This document shows, piece after piece, positions 53,661-64,000 of a stretch of 64,000 nt of DNA. Within the stretch, counting starts at the first letter, position 1, and each line of letters begins with the position of its first letter. The DNA is from Octopus vulgaris (lineage: Eukaryota): NCBI GenBank assembly GCA_951406725.2, contig OX597834.1, positions 42,408,001 through 42,472,000 on the forward strand. The letters run 5' to 3'. The position numbers and the translations under genes are program-made. Below the pieces are notes generated by a model. It was given only the letters and a program-made list of their open reading frames with translations, ran no database searches and had not been told where the DNA came from.

Positions 53661-55667
53661 ACGTTACCACACACACACACAAAGTGGCTCTGCTACTCTT
53701 TTATTTGTTTGTCATTTCATTGCGGCCATCCTGGAGCACCGCCTTTAGTCAAACAAATAGATCCCAGGAGTCATTCTTTGTAAGCCTAGTACTTATTCCA
53801 ATGGTGTCTTTTGCCGAACTAAGTTACGGAGACGTAAACACACCAGCATCGGCTGTACAAGCACACACACACACATAGGTACACGCGCACACGTGCAACC
53901 CCCCCCACACGTATGCTAACACACGCACGCTCACACACACACGCTCACATACACACTCATGCAGGTACACGTACACACGTACAAAAACACACACACATAT
54001 ATATATACACGCACAGGTAGACGCGCACGTGTACAAACATACACACATATACACACGTGCACACGTACAAACACACATACGCACGCACACACACACAGAC
54101 AGGTGCACACGTACAAACACATACACATAGATGCACGAGCACACGTACGAACACACACAGACACACACACACACACCCACCCACACACATACAGGTACAT
54201 GCGCACACTTACAAATACACACACATCCACAAACACTCATACACTGGCAGCATACATACTTATGAATGTGCGTGGTTTATTGGTTAGGGAATTCCTGGCG
54301 GTAAAACTATGTCCTTGAGCAAGATACTTTATTTCTCGTTGCTCTAGTCCACTCAGTTGTAGAAATGAGTACCACTCGCGGAGGCGCGTCGCTTAGAGGG
54401 TGGGGTGTTGGATTCACAACCGTAGGATTGTGGTTTCAATCCCTGAATCTGGCAATCCATTGTGTTCTTGAGCAAAATACTTCATTTCACGTTGCACCAG
54501 TCCCCTCAGCTATAGAAATGAGTTTAGCCTGGAGAGGGATGGTCTCTACTAGGCTTTCTCACACTAAATACGCTGCATGGCTGCAGAGCCCCGACGACCC
54601 CAAAGAGGTTAAGGGACTTGTTGTCAACTTACGAATGTAGGGGGACGGTAAGAGGTAAAAATCGATTCCAACCTCTATTAGAACTCATGAACTAACGAAA
54701 AACAACAAAGGAGATGAAGGCACTTTGTTGAGGTTAATATAATATGGTGGTGAAAATTTGAGTGGTAACCTTGAGTATGATGTGGCTTGTAGTTTTATTT
54801 ATGCTAACGATGTTAATGTTAATAGTAATAATAATAATAGGTTTAATACCTCCTCTGACCCCTACCCTACCACATTCAATAAAAACGGTGAGAATAACGC
54901 CATTGACAACTTGTCTTCTACAACACAAGAGAGGTGGTGAAAGGACTTAAATTTGAAATTACATGGATTAAAATTTTATAAATAAACAAGATGTCAAACT
55001 GCATTTCGTACTTGTTGTCAGGACAGAAATCCCAATCTCTCCCTCCTCCTCTATGTCCCTTTAACTCCCTCCGTCTTTCTCTTTCTATGCTTGGTGTCAA
55101 CATGTTTTAAAATTTTTGTCACCCTGAGGTCATTCTATATGACTAGTATGGCGGGAAGGGCCCAAAGACTGACAGTCAAATTAGCATGGTCTTCTAGTAT
55201 TTCACTTTACATTAGAATTAAAGTTAAGCCTGCAATGTGTCATGTGACAGAACGCATTGCCTCCCACTCTCTTTCTCTATGTATTGTCTCACTCTCTCTT
55301 TTTGCTGAATATCTCACACAGAAACGCACGCATTTAAACGCACACATATACGTAAAACGTTAGTTAATATATTCAGACATAATTGTATACATACACACCT
55401 ATATCATATGTTCGTACCCATGTATGTATGAAATGTATGTCAAAGTACATCATATATGAATGTATATTTCGAATATATTTATAAATGGGTATATATCTGT
55501 ATATCTACAGAACTAGCTACACACACACAAGCACACGCAGACACTCAAACGAGCAAAAACACACACATATACATACACACACACAAAGAAACAAATGCAA
55601 ATAGTCTGAGATCCGCATACCCAAATGAAACCACTCGGACACTGTGAGGCCCACACTATTGCTGTGT

Positions 55668-55798
55668 TTACTAGCCACATGGTTCCGGGTTCATTCCCAC
55701 TGCGTGGCACCTTGGGTAAGTGTCTTCTACTATAGCCTCGGGACGACCAAAGCCTTGTGAGTGGATTTGGTAGACGGAAACTGAAAGAAGCCCGTCTT
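55668..55798 (+). mobile_element. Family A SINE 5' half
   Basis: CCACATGGTTCCGGGTTCA..GTGGCACCTTGGGTAAGTGTCTT..GAAAGAAGCCCGTC. Confidence 0.85.
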
Positions 55799-55828
55799 AT
55801 ATATTAATCTCTCTCTCTCAATATATAT

Positions 55829-56030
55829 AGGGAGAGTTTACGAAAAAAAAACAAAACAAAAGACGAAGACAGGTGGTGTACAAAACAAACAGATGTATTA
55901 GTATAACGCTCAGGAATAGAAAATGTCTTTTACGTTTCGAGCCTACGCTCTTCTTCAGAAAGGGACACAGAAAAAACAAGGAGAGAAATAAAATGTGTGT
56001 ATTGGCTAACGATCTATCATGGCGACTGAT
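55829..56030 (-). mobile_element. Short non-coding PLE-terminus-like element carrying a hammerhead
   Basis: Abuts (TA)n; contains the HHR below; a homologous copy lacking the HHR lies at 19330-19465. Confidence 0.65.
55927..55962 (-). ncRNA. Minimal type-I hammerhead ribozyme motif
   Basis: Minus strand: CTTT-CTGAAGA-A-GAGC-GTAG-GCTC-GAAAC-GTA^-AAAG. All stems perfectly paired; ACGT palindromic stem III. Confidence 0.82.
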
Positions 56031-56379
56031 TGTTTTCTTGTGGGTATACCTGAAAAGGGGGGTTTAAGTCAACAAACTAGAGAGCCTGGTGCAACTGAAG
56101 GGGAACATCGATAGAGAAATCAGAGAAGTGGGGTCGAAACGCTTGTGGATGTAATAGTGCAAGTTTTGGAAAGAGCAAGGGCGTGCGAAGCCGAAAAGAG
56201 CTGTCGTTTAAGCGACGTCATTTTTCGTATGTGAAGTTGTGGTGTTGCAAAATTTGACTTGTGCATATTAATTTCCATTATATCCTTTATATTGTATCAC
56301 AATTTCATGCACGTTCGCCGAGTCAGTTTGACCACGATATTGAAAAGCCCATTCAAAAATATTATCTTTTATTTTGTAT

Positions 56380-56479
56380 GATGAAAAACTTCAGGTTATA
56401 ACGAAACTATTATTTATTTGTAAAGATAAAGAAGTTATTAAAAACTGAAACCCATCAATGACTTTTGGGACACCCTGTA
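56380..56479. mobile_element. Tc1/mariner-like terminal fragment
   Basis: Ends ACTTTTGGGACACCCTG-TA, the reverse complement of a TA-CAGGGTGTCCC TIR start. Confidence 0.5.
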
Positions 56480-57110
56480 TATGTATATATATTGTTTGCA
56501 TGTACATTATATATACATGCATATGTACTTATATATGCACACACACTCATACTTACACACACACACACGGGAAAATTATTTATTCAAGCTTGTTATATGG
56601 AATAACACACCAAATCTTTTATGTTTTCATAATACTTTTAATGCTTTTATCATATATTCTTATTCGTCCTTCATATTATGTCTATCAATAAATTTCTTAA
56701 TTCCATTTACGGTAAAAAGTTAAGAGTGATATTGTCTCAAACTGGATATTAAAATAAATTACAGAAATCTGAAAATCCTTTAATAAGAAAAAATCATATT
56801 AAGTTCTTAAGTTCTTGTTAATTAGCGTAATTAATAGGTTTTATCGTAACGAAACCAATATCCATTGGTTTGATGGAGGTAAGATTTAAAATGTAAATTA
56901 TTTGTCTATTTGGAATCTAACTTTAACATAAAGTTTATTTATTTTAACTCCAAAATGTGATGGAAAAATATATGAAGTTTCCAACATTACCCTAGGTTTT
57001 CAGAAAAGTAGTTGTATTAAGCATTTTAATAATTCTCAACAAAGATTTAATAAATATATTTTTTAGCAACCTTTAATTACAAATTTTTATTTAAAATATA
57101 TCTTGAAACA

Positions 57111-57170
<60 letters not shown>

Positions 57171-57975
57171 GAGGGAGAGAGTGGGAGAGTCCGTAACTGA
57201 ATGTGTGTATGAACATAAACATGTCATATATACTAACACGGCCTTCCCGTATCAAGAGACAATTAGAAATGCAAAAACTAGCAAACTAGGACCCTATATG
57301 ACAGTTGATCGACCTCCTAGAAATAGCAGCTACTTCCACGCAGAAATTCAAATCTTTATTCGTCAAAAGCGTGTAGCAATGGTATTTTGGTGAAATAAGT
57401 CGTTGATAGGTAATCCATAGCTGAAATAAAACAAAAAATAATAACAACTGGCAGGATAGTTTCATATGAAAATCGCATGGGGCTTAAGTGATAAACAATA
57501 TATCTATTACTGAATGTAGCAAGTGATCAACATGTAGGGCTACAACTAAAACAAGTGAACAGCATGTAGTAATACAAAAATAAACACTTTTTAACGACAG
57601 GTTATTACTAACAACTGTTTGTAGGAAAAAAAGCCATTTCCTCCAAAACCTGCATTTAAATATATATATATATATGTATATATGTATATATGTATATATA
57701 TATATATGTATATATGTATATATGTATATATATATGTATATGTATATTTGTGTGTGTGTGTATATGCGCATACACATATAGTTATATATAGAGAGATAAA
57801 TAAATGAATAGATATCGATATATATATATATATATATATACATAAATAAATGTATACATATCCATACATACACACACACATACATATACCCACATACATA
57901 ATGTATGTATATATAGTAAGAGGAGGTGCTTTTTTTGGTAGTGTTCCCTAAGCTCCCAACCGTATTTACTTATAC

Positions 57976-58025
<50 letters not shown>

Positions 58026-58036
58026 GTATGTATACT

Positions 58037-58073
<37 letters not shown>

Positions 58074-58114
58074 ATAAATGTACGTACGTATGTGTATATG
58101 TACGTATGTATACG

Positions 58115-58146
<32 letters not shown>

Positions 58147-58577
58147 TGTATGTATGTATGTATGAATGTATGTGTATGTAAGTGTATATAGGAGCCAATA
58201 AAAACAATATAGGGACAAATCGAAAATGAAAGACAGTGTAAAATAATATAGAAAATTGGATAAACTTCATTAAAATGCTTGAATTTCACGTAACCGATCA
58301 TTAGAATCTCTCTCTCTCTCTCTCTACCTATCTGCTAATATATAAATTAGAATATATGGATTCATGTAATCCAGTAGTACTCATAAATAACCCTTCTTAA
58401 TGTATATCTACAAATGTATCCTCCTAATGTATCATTCTACAAAACATAGAATATACAATACGCTGCCATTATTTTGAAAGATTTTAAGTTACGAAACAAT
58501 TTGTCGTCATATTTGAATTTCCGTATTGTTGAATACATCTCATCCAAATATTTCTTAATCATTCATGATTTTATATA

Positions 58578-58631
<54 letters not shown>

Positions 58632-58790
58632 TTGAGGGAATATTATTCCTAACTCACAGGGAAAAATTCAATTTAGAAATACTAAATCAAATTTCACAAA
58701 ATATAATATTTATATAAAAATTAGAAAAAACCACCTGAAACTGAAAGACGTCCGTCGTATATACATACATACATATATACATACATACAT

Positions 58791-58848
<58 letters not shown>

Positions 58849-58923
58849 TGTGTGTGTGTGTGTATGTATAAATACATATATATATGTATGTATAAATACA
58901 CATATATATATATGTATAAATAC

Positions 58924-58961
<38 letters not shown>

Positions 58962-58963
58962 AA

Positions 58964-59011
<48 letters not shown>

Positions 59012-59157
59012 ATCATCGATTCCGTCTGTACCTTTCCCCTTTTCAGTGTCCACTAAAATTAGTGTCATTTGGGGGTCGGATGTCGAACTAATTCTTTGAC
59101 CCACGCCTTGTACCTATATTTAAGAGAATTATCATTACCGTTCTGTAGTGGACACGT

Positions 59158-59211
<54 letters not shown>

Positions 59212-59371
59212 CATGAATGCATACATATATCTATTTACCCATACACCCAAACACACGCACAGACACACCTACACAACGATATATACATATATGCATTCTT
59301 ATTATATATGTAGCTCGCTATAAATTCATATATATATATACATAGTTATTCTGAAAAATAGCTAGGTTTAT

Positions 59372-59437
<66 letters not shown>

Positions 59438-59734
59438 GACGAAATAACCAGTAAGCAGACGGCGAGTGTGTCTGTGTGTTCATTATAGTTGTCAATCCGA
59501 GAGGATGTCAGCTGGCGTCGCACAACAATAGACATTCCACATAGAATGTAGTTCTCTCTGTGTTCTTCCTGCCATATAATTCTGGCGACTACACGCACTT
59601 GATACACAGGACTCTCTGTCAATCTGCTTGTATCTTCATGCAAAGATTTTTCGCCGAATGTTAAACGATATAACAATATTTCTGCCCACTCCGTACACAA
59701 CAGTGTGTGTGAGTGTGTGTGTGTGTGCATATGC

Positions 59735-59900
<166 letters not shown>

Positions 59901-59947
59901 GTGTGTGTGTGTATGTATATATGTGTGTGTGTGTGTATATATATATA

Positions 59948-60012
<65 letters not shown>

Positions 60013-60074
60013 GTGTATATATATATATGTATATATATATGTGTATATATATATATATGTATATATATATATGT

Positions 60075-60115
<41 letters not shown>

Positions 60116-60222
60116 TGTATGTATATATATATGTATATATATGTATATATATATATATGTATAAATATATGTATTTATCTCTTTTTTGCATCTATGTATC
60201 AATCTCTCCATGTATATATATA

Positions 60223-60271
<49 letters not shown>

Positions 60272-61141
60272 TATGTGTGTATGTGTATATATATATATGT
60301 ATGTATATATATAATGTGTTTGTGTGTATGTGTGTATGTTTATATGTATGTATGTAATTTTTTAAGTGTGTATGTATACATACACGCTTATATATATATG
60401 TATGTGTGTATGCATATATATATATATATACATATACACTATATACACACGCACACACATGCAAATACATACATACATGATAGAAGCTGACCCCTCATGA
60501 CTAAGTAAGACCACTTTCTAGATGCCTTTCACCTTTCGTTTTGTCTCCCTATCGCTGATGACTTCTGATTTGCCCCCTCAGACCAGCAAAGCACTTACAA
60601 GTCATTCCCCACCGATTAGAACTCGTCTGCCTGTCCTCTCTTACGGCATCAGCCCGACTGTCCGGATGTTGCGTCCTAGGATGTCGTGTGAGTCCTGGGA
60701 CCGATTCACTCTCTCTATTACACAAGATTCATGAAACCCCATTTTGGATATCACAATGGTAGTTGGGGGCGCCTCCTTAACTTACACTTCATACCGTATA
60801 GTCCTATGTTTAAAAAGCAGACGCCTTGTTTCTAGTCTCAGGAACGGTGTTCACATCTACCTTATATTCAGCTCAATATATAGCACTGTAGCTATTTCTT
60901 TACCACCAGTAGCAATCAGATAACTTCGTTGCTTATTATCTGTTGCAACATCTTTTCAGGTATCAGTATTGATATGGATGGATTTAAATGTGTTTTTCAG
61001 AGTGTCTTCGAAAGGCAAGCATGGGTTACACAGGGGATATTTCCCTTGCTTTAATTTAACAAAAATCACCTTCTTTTGGGCATGCGAGTGTCCTCTAAAC
61101 AGACAAGTGCATACATACATACATACATACAGACCTGTAAT

Positions 61142-61185
<44 letters not shown>

Positions 61186-61428
61186 GTACATGCATATATA
61201 CATACATACATACAGACCTGTAATATATATATACATATATGCATGCTTATTTACAAGGTTATGTGTTAGAATTAAATCCGATCACGTCTCTAGGGAAATA
61301 ACCATATACTGATGGATATTATTCACTATCTACGTTCATACATACACACACAGCTCAAGCTCACAAACATACATATATTGCCCACATATATGCTTATAAG
61401 CATGTATATGCATGCATACATAAATGAG

Positions 61429-61459
<31 letters not shown>

Positions 61460-61494
61460 TTTTATACATATCTATGTATAATATCTATGTACAT

Positions 61495-61544
<50 letters not shown>

Positions 61545-62554
61545 TTATGTATGTATCCATCTGTTTGTCTGTCAGTCCATCCATCCATCCATCCATCCAG
61601 CCAGCCAGACAACAATCTATCTATCTACTCAAATTATATATGAAAAGTTATGGAGAAACAAACATATGTATATGGATATATTAGTAAATCTCTTTTGTAT
61701 AATTTTACCTCGAAATATCAGACTTTTACAGTTGTTTCAATGTAGATTCTAACAGAAAATTTTCACACATTGTGCGGTTAAGTGTAATTATTAGTAGATA
61801 AAATTGTAGAAAACAATATAAGGAACATATAAATATCAGCTTAAATTATCAGAATATAATATTTTACTTATTTGTTAAATATGCGCGATAACGTCAATAA
61901 TTAATAAAATACACCGAAACAGCCGTAAAGATGTGATAACTCCGTGAAATAAGCTTTAACTTTTCCATAATCATATGGTCCTTTAAAATCCGCTCTATTT
62001 GCATTCGATTGAACATTTTCGCCTAACTTCTATGCTTCTGGATCACCTAATGCTTAAGAACTTTGATTTTCAGTATCTGAATTGTCTGCGCACCAAGTTG
62101 ATGCCTACGTTATGGCATGGACAATCACATAACTGTCCCCCCATATTATCACACATGCACACGCATGCATATGTATGAATACATGCATAGATCTTATTAT
62201 CTCTCACTGGCTCTGTTCACCTGTCTATATATATCCACATATCACATATATGTACATCTGTATGATTATGGTCACAAGATCCAATGTGATATACGAAGGG
62301 AATGCGTTTATACATACATAAATACATATATCTACACGCACACACACATACACACACACACACACACACGTATGAATTATAAATAACAAGGTTGACTTGT
62401 TCGCAGATTTACAACCAAAAGGCAGAAATATATACGCTACTAAAGCAACTGAGGCACCAGTTAGCACGAGTATTGCTAGAAATAGGAGTTAAGGCAACAG
62501 CTATGAGTTGTTTTAACACTTATTTAACTAGTGCGATCAGTCACTTTGGTGATG

Positions 62555-62600
<46 letters not shown>

Positions 62601-63438
62601 CATATATACATATAAATATGTATACATATATATATATATACATATATATATACATACATATATATGCATATGTACACATATATATATGTAATGTATGTAT
62701 ATACATATATACATACATATAGTATGTGTATATATGTACATAATAAGCAATTATACACATACTAGATATATATTAATGTATATACATACATACATGCGTA
62801 TAGGAGTGCACGCATGTACACATATGCATACGCATATACTTACAGGCACACATGCATACATACATACATACATACATTCATACCTACCTACCTACCTACC
62901 TACCTACCTACCTACCTACCTACCTACCTACCTACCTACCTACCTACCTACCTACCTACCTACCTACCTACATACATACATACATACTTACATACATACA
63001 GTAAAAGAGTCGCGGTTTCAAAGCGACGAAAATATTTTGAAAAATTAAATTAAAATGTTGATGTGAATGTAACGGCATCGTGGGTTTTTAAATGGCGAAT
63101 AAACACCTTCGACGCTGCAATTTAGATCCCAAGTTGTTATTCCCGACTCCCAGGAGTTCAAGCGACTGATAGCGCAGGATACTCTTTTAATGGAACTATG
63201 CTCTGTTCGACGATGAAATTTCGAGCTGGGGCCACACCGAGTTATTTTCGATTGAGTGGACAAGAACTTCGGAAATGAAAGGAACTTTCGCCGAAGAATA
63301 AATCACCCGCCTTTGACAAACATGCAGCTGAAGAACTTACAAATGCTTACGCAACATTCTGCTTGTGCATATATGAACACACACACGCGCGCGCACAGAT
63401 ACAAATATATATGTAGTCATAGACACACACAAGAACAC

Positions 63439-63503
<65 letters not shown>

Positions 63504-63649
63504 CTGGGCCAATATTGGCCAAAACCTTTCTAAGTTATTCTAAGTTATATACACATCCATAGTATATATATATGTATATATATATATTTGTATATATTTA
63601 TTTATATATATATACACACATCCATAGTATATGTATATATATATACATA

Positions 63650-63688
<39 letters not shown>

Positions 63689-63915
63689 GTATATGTTTAT
63701 ATGCATACACTCACACATACCATACATGGTTATATATTGTTTTATTCTTTTACTTGTTTCAGTGGTTCGGTAAAAAAAATGGCGATAGATTTAGAGGACC
63801 AAGTGTAGAAAAACTGCAAAAACCAAGTATTGGGGTCTATTCATTTGACCCCAAAATTCTTCAAGGCATTACACCAGCATGGTCGCTGTCTAATGATTGA
63901 ACAAGTGAAAGATAA

Positions 63916-63946
<31 letters not shown>

Positions 63947-63951
63947 GCATC

Positions 63952-63991
<40 letters not shown>

Positions 63992-64000
63992 TCTATGTAT

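Noticed and set aside
63000-63360. CpG-containing unique segment
   Set aside because: The frames I examined are short and unrecognisable; cannot be assigned

Overview
AT-rich, microsatellite-saturated animal DNA. The repeat content (CORE-type and Meta-type tRNA SINEs, RTE, CR1-like and L1/Tx1-like LINE fragments, mariners, and huge (TA)n/(CA)n/(TATC)n/(AAT)n tracts) points to an octopus or other coleoid cephalopod intron or intergenic region; this is inferred from repeat families only. I can support no intact host protein-coding gene, and almost all ORFs in the track are microsatellite or SINE translation artefacts. The most notable signal, read by eye on both strands, is at least 8 minimal type-I hammerhead ribozyme (HHR) motifs in 5 different sequence contexts, plus several broken halves. 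They have the form known from Penelope-like element (PLE) termini, with a palindromic stem III. Four of them lie inside a tRNA-headed SINE that occurs at all three of its loci as a head-to-head inverted pair. This suggests a ribozyme-carrying SINE mobilised by Penelope-like machinery. Folding, family names and boundaries are manual estimates and were not computed.
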